Shown here in pieces: positions 1 through 15,187 of a stretch of 64,000 nt of DNA. Source of the stretch: Octopus sinensis (Eukaryota). The position numbers and the translations under genes were made by a program. The notes under the pieces were generated by a model. The model had not been told where the DNA came from, did no database searches, and was given only the letters and a program-made list of their open reading frames with translations. The stretch's first letter is position 1; every line of letters starts with the position of its first letter. The DNA is taken from NCBI RefSeq assembly GCF_006345805.1, contig NC_042997.1:58466001-58530000 (forward strand). Direction: 5' to 3'.

Positions 1-1335
1 TATATATATATCAGCCAATCACAGGATTTCAAAATCTTCCTACTAACAGCTTCTGAAAGCTTGTTATTAACGTATACATATACATCATACACACACACAC
101 ACGTACATATACTTATAGGCGGTAGTATTAGACCGCACAGTGGATACAGTCTACTTCACCCATATGTGTGTGTGGTGTGGTGTGTGCGCGCGTGCGTGTA
201 CATATTTGTGTGTGATTGTGTGTGTGTGTGTGTGTGTTTGTGCGTGCTAATCATTGACCACATTCGCAGTATCTTGTATGTTTGGTAGTAAGTACTTTGC
301 TAATTGGAACTCCATTATTTTTAATTTCAAACATTTTACATGCAATATCATTAACTTTTAACTGTAGCCAAAAGCTATGTTTTGATATCCTTGCTCGTAT
401 GATTATGCATAAATAAATGTCAATATCCCAGCAGTATTTCTGTTAACTCTTTTACTGTGGATATCCACGCGAAATTTTATTACTCTTAACTGCGCAAAGG
501 AATTTTACATACCAATCTACCTTCTGTTGAAGAATGTCATGTTTGAAACTGTTTTTTTGTTGAAAAATGTCAAGTTTATTGGGACTAAATAACTTGCAGA
601 ATCTACCAATTCTAATTTTTGGTAAATATTTAACATCATTAGTGAAATAAGCAGGAATTTTTTTCAGTCAAACGGTTTCGAACGTCTAAAGGAAATCCAA
701 CCGACCACTATTCAATTTATTAAGCTCATTGACTGAAAGATTGTTGAAATCGAATTTAAAAGCTTGCACCTCTCGACGCAGTTTCCATCAATATCAGTGG
801 CAAACTGTTTATATAAAATTATTTATACTGGACGAAGTTTATCACAGCGTCGCTCAGCGTCACTTGCAGCTACTGCTCATTTACAATGTCAAGCCTTGTC
901 TGAAAACAGAAATTTCGTCCTGTAAAGCATATGAGTAGTTCCTTATTTCATAGCGCAGAGTTGAACACTTCTGGATGTATTGACCCCACCTATCTTCACA
1001 AAGTACACTATACTTAAATTAATATTTTTATAAACAAAAACTTAGTGGAATTTAATAAAGAATAAGAAAGCATTTAAGTGTTTTAAGTAATCTAGTTTGA
1101 TATGTTATTGCTCTTAGTTCAAATGATTGCGAAATAAAAACGCAAATGAGACTTTTGTCTTAGATATTGACAAAAGAAATTAGTAATCTTTTACCAAAAT
1201 ATACAGTACTATATATTTACATAATTTATACAATGTTATTGAAATCGTTCGACTGGCAACCTTAAGAATTATATTTTGTGAATATGTATTTTGTTCATAT
1301 ACATGCGATATAATAACCACTAAACTAGTAGCCTT

Positions 1336-1770
1336 GGTTGAGCTGGCAGAATCTTTAGAACGTCGAAAAAATGCTTTGCGGTAGTTCTTCCGACACTTTA
1401 TATTGTAAGTTCAAATTCCGACAGGATTAACTTTCATTCTTTCGGGATCGGTAAAATAAATTACCAGTCAAGTACTGGGATTGATATAATCGATTAACTC
1501 CCTCTCACTAAAACTGTGCCAAAATTTGAAACGATCATTATTATCATTAGTAGTAGCGTGGCGAGCGAACCGAATCGCCAGAGCGTCGAAAAAATGCCTT
1601 GCAAAATTTTTCGATACTTCACGCTTTGTATTGAAATCTCACCGATCAGCTTTGCCTTTCATCCTTTCGAGTCGATAAAATGCAGTACCAGTCAAGCACT
1701 GAGATCGATATAACCGACTTGCCTCTCCCCTCAAAATTGTTAGATATGTGCCAAAATTTGAAACCGTTAT
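1336..1770 (+). mobile_element. Two tandem tRNA-derived SINEs (family A)
   Basis: gagctggcagaatc..gttcaaattcc..ttcatcctttcg..gtaccag..gtgccaaaatttgaaac at 1336-1535 and ~1558-1770. Confidence 0.8.
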
Positions 1771-3588
1771 TATTATGAATAGTGTTTCTGGAGAAGTAGT
1801 GCTAGTGTTATATCACTGATAACGGAGTTGTAGGTTTTGCCTGCACGTCGATCTATATATGTTTTGCGTGAATTTGACAGTGAAATATTGCTAAACAAAT
1901 TTTAAGAGAATTCTTTTGTGAGAATTGAAGAATTGCCCACCCATTCATAACTCAGTGAAATTTGGACAGATATATTGACAAATTACAATCTGGAAGAATG
2001 TTTTAAGTACGGACGGCTTATTTTATGTATTTCAAGCTCATGTGTTTTTTTATGGACTGTTTAGTTATGTAAAATGTTACGAAAGAATTTAGTGTTTAAA
2101 GGCTTCGATGGTAAAAGAAGGGCTGTATGATATGAATGTGTTGGGACTTAAGAAATTACTTTAACTGAAAATTATTAATGCGAGAAATGATTATCACTGA
2201 GTCGCAGAATAGAAGCGAGTTACTGATTATTAAATTTCATGAAGTGTACCAACTCTCAGATAAAACCATTTCACATAATTTTCTGTGGAAACTCATGGAT
2301 ATCAAGCAACTTTATCTCTTATCCTATAAATCCCAGCACATATGCTTATGTAAAAAAAAATCAGCAATATAATAGACTGAAATCAATGTAATCTCATTGC
2401 TTAATGAAGCGTTAGTTTGAACCTGTTGAACAAAGGGTGAGTATAAAATCAAATTTACTTTTAAGTCGGTTTCATCAGTAATATGTATGGAATTGAGAAT
2501 ATATTTAGACTGTATATACTGCAACATGTAGTCTGTTATGATTATATATGGTATCGCTAAAGTATAATTAAAAACTCCCAACTTTATATATCGTAAAAGT
2601 ATTAAGTTTCGAGGAGTTTCTACGATTTAAAATGATTCCATGACTCAATGATTCTTTATTATAGAGACATGAAGCTTGACATATATTGTTTCAGGAGGAA
2701 ATTATGAATTACTTAAAGACATTAACAACTTAAATGAAGCGAAATCGCTGCAATTTTATTTCCGTCAAAAAGTTCTCTTCGTATCACCTTTTTCTGTTGT
2801 AATTCCTGAACAATTTATGCTTGACTGTTAATTTATAAAAATACCCCTAATTTGACCGTAAAAATGACATATGAGAGAATGTCTATTGAGTTTTAAATAA
2901 TTGTTCTTAATTGGCTCTTCATTCATAATGGATGGGTGAAAATACTAATTAGAATATACAAAACAATTTTGTGAATGATCGTTGGGTAACTGATTGCACA
3001 TACTTATTCTCTTAATGATGTTAACAATGGCGATTCTGGTCTGCAATCAAATTTTCAGTTTGCCAGTCAATTCGGCATCACTTAAATGAAGCCTGCTTAT
3101 ATTCACTGCAACATTATCATCATTAACAATTTAATCATCATCATTATCAGCAATAGCCTCATAAAAAAGCAATATTATAAACATAATGTCTATTTGAACC
3201 CGTCTTTATGTAATGGTCTTGTGTTAGACAGAATGATTACCAAACGTTTAAAGTAGCTTACCATTAGCAGTGACAGATTAATGTTTGGGAAATAGCGTCA
3301 GTGTAATGTTGAATGGTCTTTCTGCAGCCTACAACGCAGAGTTCGGAATAACCTTATAGCAGAACACATTATAGGTTATTCTACACCAAGAATCACAATC
3401 TTTTCATTCAACTCTTGCGAAAGTAATCATAATAACAAGTTAATTTAGATTATAGAATTAAAAAGATTCTTCTAACTAGATACAACTGAGAATATAAAGA
3501 CTATATAATATCCTTTAAGTAATGGTTTTGACTAAATAAGGAGAAATAGAGGCGGATACATACATACATACATACATACATACATACA

Positions 3589-3620
<32 letters not shown>

Positions 3621-4277
3621 CATATACATATACATATATATATATATATGTATGTATGTGTGTGTGTGTGTGTATTAATACTATGGGATTTCTAATCGTA
3701 ATGATTCCAAGAATATTGGTATAACACGTAAAGCAGCTCTGAGAATTGCAACTGGAATACAAAATCAACTTGCCATGTATTGTACGATTCCATTTATGTA
3801 GACAAAGCATGCAACTTGAGAATAATAGTCCTAAATTTTTGGAAACACTGACAACAAATCAACGCAGATAGTAGTGAAAAATGAAGCCCGATCCAATACC
3901 CAGTTTGCCGAAAAGGTAACGCTTTTAATAACAGTAATAAACTGGCATTCAGTTTAAAGACAAAAGAAGTGGTATCAAAATGCATTCTCGAACTTGTAGT
4001 TATGAGAACCAAAAAAATAAAAAATAAACAAATCATGCTCATGTGAGCACATATGCCATGTTTTATCTCCTCTTCCAAAGAACAAGAGGAAAAATTAATG
4101 TTTTTTTTGTTGATATGTTTGATATAATTTCATGCGTTGGTTGTTTAATATCAGTTGTTTTCTGTTTAATCCAACAATTTCTTCGATACGGTAATTTAGC
4201 TTCATACACATTGATATAATAACGATATAATAAATATTAACCTGATAGTTTCATACATACATACATATATATATATT

Positions 4278-4316
<39 letters not shown>

Positions 4317-4398
4317 TCAGACACACACACGTACATACACAGACACACACACATATGTACATAAATACATACATACACATATATGTTTATATATATAT

Positions 4399-4471
<73 letters not shown>

Positions 4472-5304
4472 CTCATACGCGCGCACACACATTAAAAATA
4501 GAAATTTGTAGTATTTCTAAATGTTTTATCTCTAAGCGTCTTTAGATATTTTTAAACTTTATTCTTTGTTATGTTTTCTTTTATGTGGATTTTGTTATTT
4601 TGGTAATTTTATTTGTTTAAATTTAAAATACGACTTCGTAAAGTTCCAAAGGACGGAGGAAAACACGATGGTTTCCAAAGATGATGAAATGCTATGTAAA
4701 TTTAATCATTTATTTATTTTCGTATTTACATTTTGTCGTTTACTTTCTCATTCCTAGTTACCCACACGCAAACATATGTGAACAACAACCAGTTCAAGAT
4801 AGAGACCAAAAAAAGCTACGAATACTGACATTCAGCAGCATTAAAACCACGCAAAATGTATATGTGTGTGTGGATGCAAGTGTGTGTGTTTATGTATAAA
4901 TATTTGAGAAATAATACGTTTTCAAATGTCAAGGGATTTGAGAAAGAAAATAAATTATTCATTTGTAATAATTTATTTTAAGTGTAAAAATATATCATTT
5001 CTCTCTCTATATTTATATATATAACAAAAAATTGCAGAAGCACCAAAGAAAGAATTGCTCGAATGTAGCCCAAAACATCGAGCTGACCAAAGTCATTCTC
5101 TCTCAGACACTCAGACATAAACACAGATACACACCCCGTTTCTGCCAACACGAATAAATTTTCTGTGACCCATTGGGTATGTTTTTAATCTCATAATTAG
5201 ATTTGTTTCTACATACACATACACCGAATATATATACATACATATATACATGCATGCATACATAAATACATACATACGTACGTACGTACGTACATACATG
5301 TATA

Positions 5305-5349
<45 letters not shown>

Positions 5350-5364
5350 ATTTAACCGAAATCC

Positions 5365-5543
5365 TTAAGAAAACATATACTCTCGTAATCCACATCTGAC
5401 AAAGTTTCGGCACACTTTTTCTGTATGACGTGTCTTGTACGTTAAGACGGATGTTATATGATTTTCCGTTTCTGCCCAGCTAACCATTTCCAAAAAGTTT
5501 GGAAGCGTTACAAGGTTTTTCAAACCTATATTTACATCCATTC
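5365..5543 (-). CDS. Terminal coding exon of FAD-dependent monooxygenase-like gene: (G)MDVNIGLKNLVTLPNFLEMVSWAETENHITSVLTYKTRHTEKVCRNFVRCGLREYMFS*
   Basis: Strong acceptor ttttcttttgcag at 5544. Phase-1 entry matches the upstream exon ending ACA G. Open to TAA at 5365-5367. Completes the GDAA-x7-G-x-x-x-N-x-G flavoprotein motif. Confidence 0.75.
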
Positions 5544-5595
5544 CTGCAAAAGAAAATAAATGATAATCCGATTAGTCAACAGAAAATGCGAAACA

Positions 5596-5647
<52 letters not shown>

Positions 5648-6309
5648 CACATACACACACACACACACATACACACACACACACGAAAAAATCATTATTT
5701 AAGTGAGAATAGTGAGTGTGTCTAGTAGAATTTGTGTTTTCTGAGAGGGAAGAGGACAATTAGTGCTCGGAGTAATTCTTCATTTGTGAAATTCACTTAC
5801 AGTCCAATGTGGTTGACCCTATATTGTGACCATTTACAAATTTTGTATAGCATTTTCATCGACGTATATGTCATGCCTGTTTCCCATCGTCGTTTTGTAA
5901 TTTGCTCGTGTAATATTTTCTTATCTACTGTCCTTATAGTATTGAATGAAACAGTCACTGACAGGTACCGACAGAATTTCCAACATATACTAAATGCAGC
6001 AACTTACAAACCGCGCTGAGTCATCACGATCGCGTGTGGATAAAGTATTAGGTCAGTTAAAAAGGACAATGCAGGTTGTCAGTATTGATGGAGACTCACA
6101 TAACAACTGCATGTAGGTGGTAAATAAAACATATTTACAAGGTTTTCCATATAAGATGAATTCTAATAACCAGTAACAGACTCTCGACTTCACAAAGCTT
6201 TATATTTTATTGGTTAGGATTTTAGCTTATAACACGTTAACCACCTTTAGACGGACAGCTATTCCTCAGCATAGAGCGAATAGACTGAATCATCTTATTG
6301 AAGACTACG

Positions 6310-6450
6310 AAATATTGGTTTCAAATTTTGGTACAAGACCAGCAAGTTTGGAGAAGAAATAAGTCGATTACATCGACCCCAGTGCTCTACTGGTACCTAT
6401 TTTGTCGACCCCAAGAGGATAAAAGTCGACCTCGGCGGCATTTGAAAGAC
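6310..6450 (-). mobile_element. SINE family A 3' part
   Basis: gtttcaaattttgg..catcgaccccagtgc..gtcgacctcggcgg. Confidence 0.75.
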
Positions 6451-9400
6451 GATACGAAATATTAGTATCGGTTAATGAACTTACAGCGATTTCCATGCAG
6501 ATGACACTTTATTTTTACCTTGTCATATGTATTTTTCTTTTGAATAATCAGAACTGTTACTTTCGACACGTAGTCTCTTGACTATATTAACAACATAACA
6601 CGATCATTTAAGGTTCATCGTTATGTATGTTATTCTAGCCATTTTTTAACTCTATTAAGCAAGATAAATATCTTTTTGTTTTCTCATAGCGCATTCACTT
6701 GGCATTAGACAAATCCGTCTCGCTCGCTACTTCAAATTTTCATTTGGCAACTACTATACATGTGCTGTTATTTCTCTATCTCATTTAATTATCACTCTGC
6801 TAGCTAGACACTGATTTCTGCAGAATCATTTCTACCAAATTAAATATACATATGTTTATCTGATTTTTCTTTTTACGATGGCCATTTATCGACTTACACG
6901 AACTTGCATCAACAACAAATTATCCTACTAACACTAAAGCATGTAAATATCTATATATAGTTTCCATATCGGTATAACTTTTCACAAACATATTTATGTA
7001 AATTTTGCATTGAATATAGTAGCATCTAAAATATTTGAATTCTGTCTTCTTTTAGGAGTATTCACAAATCGTGTGATATGTAATTATTCGTTACGAAATA
7101 AAAGGAAAAATTATATACAATTTTTGATGTTATATCTAGAAAAATACTTTAAACTTTCCTATAAACTCATGATCCTTGGGTCAACAACCTAGTTGCAAGA
7201 AGCAAGGAAAATCCTACAACGACCTGGCTACTGAATAATGTTATCAACCTTTGTTAGTCAGGATAACGTAAGGATAAGAAAGACATGAACAAACTACAAT
7301 GTAAAAAGTTTTGAGAGATGTCAAGAAATCTCGAAAAGATTATAACTTTGACTTGCTTCATGAATAAAAAAAATATCAAGACTGTACTAGAATGGGCATA
7401 AAAAGATTAACAATGCAGCAAATTGCCATTGTCTGTCCTACCTGACACAAGAAAATTATATTATTCTCCATAAATACGCATCGTAAAGAACATTAGTTCA
7501 ATGCATCAGCTGCCATTCACTGTCTCACCTGGCATGCCACCAATTAAGTAGAACTTACCTATTGTTAAAGAAACGTGGTGAATTAATCTAATCACTATAC
7601 CTTTTCGTTCGGTTTAATTTATTCTGGATTTCTTTTTCCTTTTAGAAATGAGTCAACACCGGCTATGAAAAGCATCGTTATGTTCACTTATTCGAAGTAA
7701 CGTATTTTCTATTTAGACATTGATAAAATTCTTACCTATTTTCTTAAAAACATATAAGATTGGGTATCATTTCAATAACTGTGATTTCTTTCTATGGATT
7801 ATACAAGAAACAACACACACTTGACAAAAAAAATAACACCTATGAATTTTGGTACAGATTAATTTCTAGGATAATTATGTACATATATAAATTGAAGGTT
7901 CAACTACTTTCTGATCACAGAGCCTTACAAGCTTTACAGCCTTGACGGTGTGAAAACTTCCACTAAAAGCAGCTACCTAACAATATATGTGTAAATGTAA
8001 ATTAACACTTATGTAACTTCACTTCTTCAATTTCTCCGTCTTTAGCAGTGTGTATGCATTATGATAACTTCATATGAGAGTATTAGCACTCTGAAAAATA
8101 TTCAAGACTGAATTACCAGAGAAATATTGTTTGCTAGTATACTATAACCAACGCGTTGTAGCTTTCCTCGGTTTCTTGTACTGCACTAGAATGGCCATTG
8201 ATTTTCAAGAGTGACCGGCTTTATATTACCATCGACTAAAGTTACCGGATGACAACGAGGTATATCAACGTTGGCACCTCAACCAGCTAGATGTAGCGGC
8301 TAAATTTCCTCTTAAGCTGCATTCAAAAACTGGTCATTGTAATTATGTCTTTGTTCATAGGTCTGTTCAGTCATGAACTATCTTCAGTTAAACAACCATA
8401 ACAATAATAATTGATTGTGGGTGGTCTAGCGCCATCTGTCTTACAAGTCTTCTTTCCCAAAACGGCCCTTTGAAATTCCATTCAAAGTTGTAGAAGCTCA
8501 AGTTTAAAATAAATGGCATATATAGAACTTCACAAATCAGAGGGGGCTCTGCAAAGGATTTAGGACTAATTCATCCGCAATCTAATCATCTATTAATTCT
8601 CACACGGAAAAATATTTTACAATGATAATCTAAATAAGTTGACACTGTAGGAAACAAAAAATTATCGTCTACTCAAACCGCTTTAGTTTGTGTATTCTTC
8701 CCAAATTAAGTGTAATGAGACAGAAACACGTTCTTAATTTTATATTTGTGAACTGCCATCTGGTAAAGAATATAAAATGTTTTCTTAAGCATATAACATT
8801 TTGTGAGATTAGTTCTTAATTTATTGAAATTACTTCGTCTTTTCTTTAAAAGTTACTAACATTTAGTCCTAGTTCTTTTTCTTCCTTCGGCTAAGAGGGT
8901 AATTTTAATTAACTGCGGATTTTTTGCGTACGTCAGTTAGAAGATCCCTTCCTTACGTGAATTATTTCATTTCATGCTATTCGTCTAGTAGATTCAATTC
9001 ATTACGTATGATCGTTAAATATATTTTTTCAACGGTTTAAGAAAGAAACCTAACACTTAGCTTTGGATTGATGATATCTATTAAATATTATTTAAATAGA
9101 AATTAATGAAATCCACAGCCAACAACGTATGTATATCTTAAAGGCATAGAGTTAACTGCACTCAACTAACAATCTTCCCAGCTACACCGTTCTCAAGCGT
9201 TGTCTAATTAAGAAATTAAATGAGGTCTGTCTCTGAGACGAGTCTGTGGTTCAAATATCTCGCGGCCAAAACTTCTGTTTTAAACATATTACTTTTTTAG
9301 GCCACAATACCTTTCTTAAAATAAAGGGTTAAAGTGAATTCTCATCGAGAAGACCTATGATGAAGGATGTTCCAGTTTTGATCATCGCATCCTTTTAAAT

Positions 9401-10994
9401 TATGTAGGGCTCTAGTATCCAATGGGCCATTTACATATCCAGGACAATAGGATGTAATTTGAGAAAGATTTGTCTGCCGTTTCTAGCATACAATGACTGA
9501 ATAATTTATTAAAAATAATCAGAGAAACGCAGTGTTCTCATCAGCGTCGAAGGTAAATAATAAGAGACAAAATTATGGATTTTTGTCTAGAAATGAATTA
9601 CTTGTTCATAGGTCGTCAGATCAAATATGCTTAAATCGATTACCTGTAGTATTTCTGGGCAGAATACCCGAGTTGACTTAATTGTCAGGAAAACACAACA
9701 GACCGATTTCGTTCAGCCTCACATTACCTGTCGTCTCAGTAGACTACTCTATTATAGAAAACCAATTATTGGTTTTGTTGACGAGCAAAGTGTGATAACC
9801 GATGTACATAGTCATCCGTTAACACGTGGGCGACTTCATCGGCCTATGAAGGATTCACAATACCAAACAAATTAAATTGCAAGTATTCTATCGATTCAGT
9901 AGAATATAATTTATTGTCATTTTCTCGGACAGCTTGCTTGATATAGCTCGAAAAATTAACGCAGCATAAATATGCAATTGAGGTCAATGGGTTTTGAGTT
10001 TTTACATTGTATTTGTTTTTACATGAGTAGATGGTTCAGTTTTAGTTGCTTAGCCTTACGTCATCTCCGAACGCCGCGCAGTCCTATGATAAAATAGGGG
10101 TTCCAATCGCGACCTTTCTGTCTTTTATTCAGACAGTGTGTCTATCAAATGTAACTTCAATGCCAAACGTATTCTTTTCCTTAAAACGTTAGGATGTGAT
10201 TTCATAATAATTTGGATCGTTAGGCTCTAGTCACTTCCATGACTAGTTAGAGCTAGTCATGGAAGTGACGTCTAAGTGTCATTGAACTACATCAGAGTTA
10301 GTTTTGTCTTTCTCCGAGGTTAGTCAAAGAAAAAAGTAACATACTCGTAACCTATCAAACTTCTGCTATTTAGTAAAGATATCTTTAAGTTGATCTCTTT
10401 CCGGAGCACAATATATAATACTTCTATGGGAAGCAGAAGTCATCATGTGATGTTTATGACTGTTCTCAAAGAAGTTAATATTCAAATTTATGTAAATATT
10501 ATTTAAATCTAAGTTTTTACTTTATAATTTAATTCAATTTACTTTCAATAGATTATTGTGAACAATCTGCATTTTTCTGAACTATAAAGTATTTCCGCTA
10601 ACGGCTGCAATAAGCAGATCAGGTATTTATCTCATTGCCGTAAGAATAATTTCCCATTAAGACTAGATATTCATTGTTATAAATCCGTTTATCTATATAC
10701 TTATTAAAAAAAAGTAGTGCTTTAATTCTACGGCATTTGTGATATCATGTTAATTCGGCTGTTAAGAAATAAATATCATGGCTACCAACAAAACACAACA
10801 CTAGGGACGAAGTACAAACCACCGACATCCCGTCTGATTGTACTGTACCATAGCTATATGACCACCTGCTCTTTCAGACTGTGTGTGCGCATGTGTATAT
10901 GTATGTTTATAACTTTTTCTTGCCGTCTTTCTTTCTGTTTTCTTTCTTTCTCAATCCCTGTGTGTGCGTGTGTGTGTGTGCGTGTGTGTGTGTG

Positions 10995-11372
10995 TAGTAA
11001 GTAGCTTGCTTATGAACCACATGGTTCCGGGTTCAGTCCCACTGCGTGGCACCTTGGGCTAGTGTCTCCTACTATAGCCTCAGGCCGACCAAAGCCTTGT
11101 GAGTGGATTTGGTAGACGGAAACTGAAAGAAGCCCGTCGTATATATGTATATATATATATGTATGTGTGTGTATATGTTTGTGTGTCTGTGCTTGTCCCT
11201 CCAACATCGCTTGACAACCGATGCTGGTGTGTTTACGTTCCCGTAACTTAGCGGTTCGGCAAAAGAGACCGATAGAATAAGTACTAGGCTTACAAAGAAT
11301 AAGCTCTGGGGTCGATTTGCTCGACTAATGGCGGTGCTCCAGCATGGCCGAAGTCAAATGACTGAAACAAGA

Positions 11373-11374
<2 letters not shown>
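10995..11374 (+). mobile_element. SINE family B copy
   Basis: High similarity to 30510-30880. Confidence 0.9.
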
Positions 11375-11405
<31 letters not shown>

Positions 11406-12790
11406 TGTATGTATGTATGTGTGTGTATGTATGTGTGCATGTATGTGTGTGTGTGTGTGTAATTAAAGTGTATCATCTTGCTAAATATATTGCTAAATTA
11501 GACATTAAAACAACAAAGAATTCCTGAATAAATTCTAGGCGAACCGTCAGCTATATCCCTCTTTGAAAATGATAATAAAAAAAAACAAAGCAATACAAAA
11601 CCAAAAACACGTACACTAAGTTACGTGTGTACACTTCGAGAAACTTAATTATGTTTGTTGTGTAAAGTTTAGAATGCTTGTCTATTCTGCTGTAGACGAA
11701 TAGTTCAATTTTCGTCATGTAAGGAAGAATGTTGAATTTTATTAGTGCTGTTGTTATAGTTTAGCTCTGAGTCGTTTCTAAGCAAGCAGACTTATGATTA
11801 AAATCATATCAACCATGGCTAATCTGACTGTTTCGTGCACTGTATACATTAGCACTATCCAATGAACACTTTATTGTTGCTATTGTTGATCAAAAGTATT
11901 CCTACGTGCAGAACAGATTCTGAGACCGCATTTTCCAACATATCCTTTCCTAGGATAATAGTATGCTAACAGGTTAGACGACCTCGTAGAAGCTTCCTTG
12001 TTGATAGGTTTACTTTTGAAAGACATTAAGGTATACTTTAAAGAAGATTTGACTGTTATTTCATGCAGAGTAGAAACCGTCTCTTTGGTACTCTCCCACT
12101 GGATATAAAGTGTATGACCCTTATACTGTTTGTGGTGCTCATGGTTTTATAATGAAAAGAGAATGGTTCTCTGCCGGATTGGATGATGAGTATTCCAGTT
12201 GTTCGATCAACTCAACGGTTTGCTCGTTGAATTAGCATGTAAAGAAAGTGACAGTATCCCACAAACATTTGTACCACTGACGTAATCTTCAGGCATTACT
12301 TCTGTACAATTGCCATATGTTCAGTTTCACCCACAAGTTTCAGCGTTATATATTGGACAATCAATATGTAACACATGGTTTAACTAGATCCGAGGCTATG
12401 GTTAGAACAATGGTTCAAGATGCCATGCAGCAGAATCGAACCCGGGTCCCACATGACTGGATCATCGTAAAATGGATGTTTTCGTTACCAACCATTTTAT
12501 TACTGCTGCCATTTTTCATTGCTTCTGTTGCCACTACAACTGCTGTCGCCGCAATTATGTTGCTTTTAAGTGACCTAAAGTAAAACCTTCCATTGAACTT
12601 TTATGCTAAGTTAGGTACAAAACACCAGCTGAATAAAGACAAAGCTATTTTACTAAATTCTCAATTATTTTCAAAATAATTTGAAACAAGAGTATTGTAT
12701 TTCAACAAAACTATGTTAATAAAATGACTTACTAGAATGAAACTCTTCTATTCCTCTTATGTTTCATTCATTCTTTTATTCTTTAAATGT

Positions 12791-13095
12791 GAAGGCCCGT
12801 GGCTTACTGGTTAGAGCATTCGGCTCATGATCGTAAGATCGTGAGTTCGTATTCCTGGCGGCGCGTTGTGTTTAAGTTGCTCAACTCCACTCATCTGGCA
12901 AAAAACGAGTTGTATCTGTATTTCAAAGGACCAGCCTTGTCACATTCTGCGTCACGTTGAATTTCTCTGAGAACTATATTAAGAGTACGCATGTCTTTGG
13001 AATGCTCAACCACTTGCACATTAATATCACGAGCAGGCTGTTCGGTTGATCGGATCAACTGGAACCCTTGTCGTCGCAACCGACGGAGTGCCAGT
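12791..13095 (+). mobile_element. tRNA-derived SINE (family C)
   Basis: A box tggcttactggttag, B box gagttcgtattcc, tail gatcaactggaaccc..cgacggagtgccag. Further copies at 63612-63936 (-) and 42895-43050 (-, head). Confidence 0.8.
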
Positions 13096-13473
13096 TTATA
13101 CTTTAAATCGTTTTAGTCAGTGGACTACAACCATGTTGGGGCAGCGCTCTTTCCAGAGAATTTTTAAATGATCATAATGACACCATTACTCATCTTCAGT
13201 TTGTTACTTACTTTATCTTTCTGTTTTTAATTGATTGTCCAATATATTATGTATCGGTTAAAAGAAAGGGAAGGAAAGACTGAATGACCCTTTATACTTA
13301 AAGATAATTTTAGGAGTAGGCATGGCAGTGTGGATAAGAAACTCGCCTTGAAACAGGCGGCTGCAAGTTCAGGTCTACAGTGCAGCACCTTAGGCAAGCA
13401 TCTTCTACCATAGCCATGGGTCAATTAACGCCAAGTGAGGAAATTTGACCCAAGAGACTGTGTGAAAGTCCAT

Positions 13474-13563
<90 letters not shown>

Positions 13564-13564
13564 T

Positions 13565-13770
13565 ATGTTTGTGTGTCTTTCAGTTTGTTCCTCGCCACTG
13601 CTTGACAACTGGTCTTGGATTTTTTACGTCTCCGTCAGCAAAAGGGACTGATAAAATAAGTATCAAATTGTTTAAATATAAGTACTGGGGTCGATTGTTT
13701 CGACTAAACCTGTCAAGGTGTGACCCAGAATGGCCACCGTCCAATGACTGAAAGAAGTAAAAGACAAAAG
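13565..13770 (+). mobile_element. SINE family B 3' half
   Basis: cgcttgacaac..ctggggtcgat..atggcc..gactgaaa motifs. Confidence 0.75.
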
Positions 13771-14119
13771 GGTAGGCCTCTGAAACTGGTTGGGACGAGT
13801 GTTAAACCGGATAACAGATTATGTCTTTTGGCAACAGGTAGTCTCTTAAGCAGTGATAATGTGTCAAACACATACACTGCTTAAAACATATACACAGATA
13901 AATACGCACACACATACGCACGCACACACGTGTATGCATGCATGTACATATCTTTTTATCTTTTACATGTTTCAGACATCTAATTGCGGCTGTGCTGCAG
14001 CACCTACTTGAAGGAGTTTTAGTCGAATGAATTAACACCAATATATTTTTGTTGTTATGCCGAGTCGCTGTGTTACGGGCAGTGATAGGGGAAATAACAA
14101 ACACAAAGATACCCATTCC

Positions 14120-14200
14120 CCATATACATACATATATACATACGTATACATATATACATAGACATACATATACATATATACACACATATATATATACACA

Positions 14201-14248
<48 letters not shown>

Positions 14249-14502
14249 CATACATATATATACACACATACAGATATACATATATACACATACATATATA
14301 TATATATATACATATACATACATATATATATATATACATAACATACATATATATGTATATGTATGCATTATATATATGTATATATATATGTATATATATT
14401 ATATGTATTTATATATATATATATATATATTATACATACATATATATATACATACATATACACATATATATATATATACCTACATATCAATATATAACAT
14501 AC

Positions 14503-14590
<88 letters not shown>

Positions 14591-14760
14591 GATGTGATCT
14601 AGTTTCAGCTCACGAGCTGTGGCCATGCTGGGGCACCGCCATTTGCTGGGGCATATATAATATATATACAAGCATATACATATATATACATACATACATA
14701 TATATATATATATACACTACACATACATATATCCATGCATATACATACACATACACACAC
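14120..14760. repeat. Compound (TA)/(CA)/(TACA) microsatellite
   Basis: Direct inspection; source of spurious Y/I/H/T ORFs. Confidence 0.95.
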
Positions 14761-14965
14761 ATGTACTATTTCGGTCTAATATATGTTAATTAGTGTACTG
14801 ATGTGTTGAGTTAAGCACTGACACAGTTTGGGCTACCTGATGTTACCCGCAGTTGGGGTATATTTCCATTGGATCTACTTCAGGAATTCCGCAGTTAGTT
14901 GCGATAATATCGATTAAGTAAACAATTGGAATTGGTATAGCTCTTTATTTTGTAAAACGGTTGTT

Positions 14966-15118
14966 TCGACCCATCCTGCGACTTGCCTTTATGGGTGGGA
15001 TGCCGTGCATTATATTGTGTCACATTAATTGATACTGTGTATCATATTGTGTTGCATCCATTGATGCAATATGATGCACAGCATCCCACCCACAAAGGAC
15101 AGTTGCAGGATAAGTTGA
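14966..15118. repeat. Imperfect ~60 bp inverted repeat (fold-back)
   Basis: tcctgcgacttgcctttatgggtgggatgccgtgcattatattg pairs with caatatgatgcacagcatcccacccacaaaggacagttgcagga. Confidence 0.8.
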
Positions 15119-15187
15119 TACGCTCGTCGCAAAATAAGGAGCTTTACCAATTTTATCTTCTATTTACTTAATCGATTTTATATAGCA

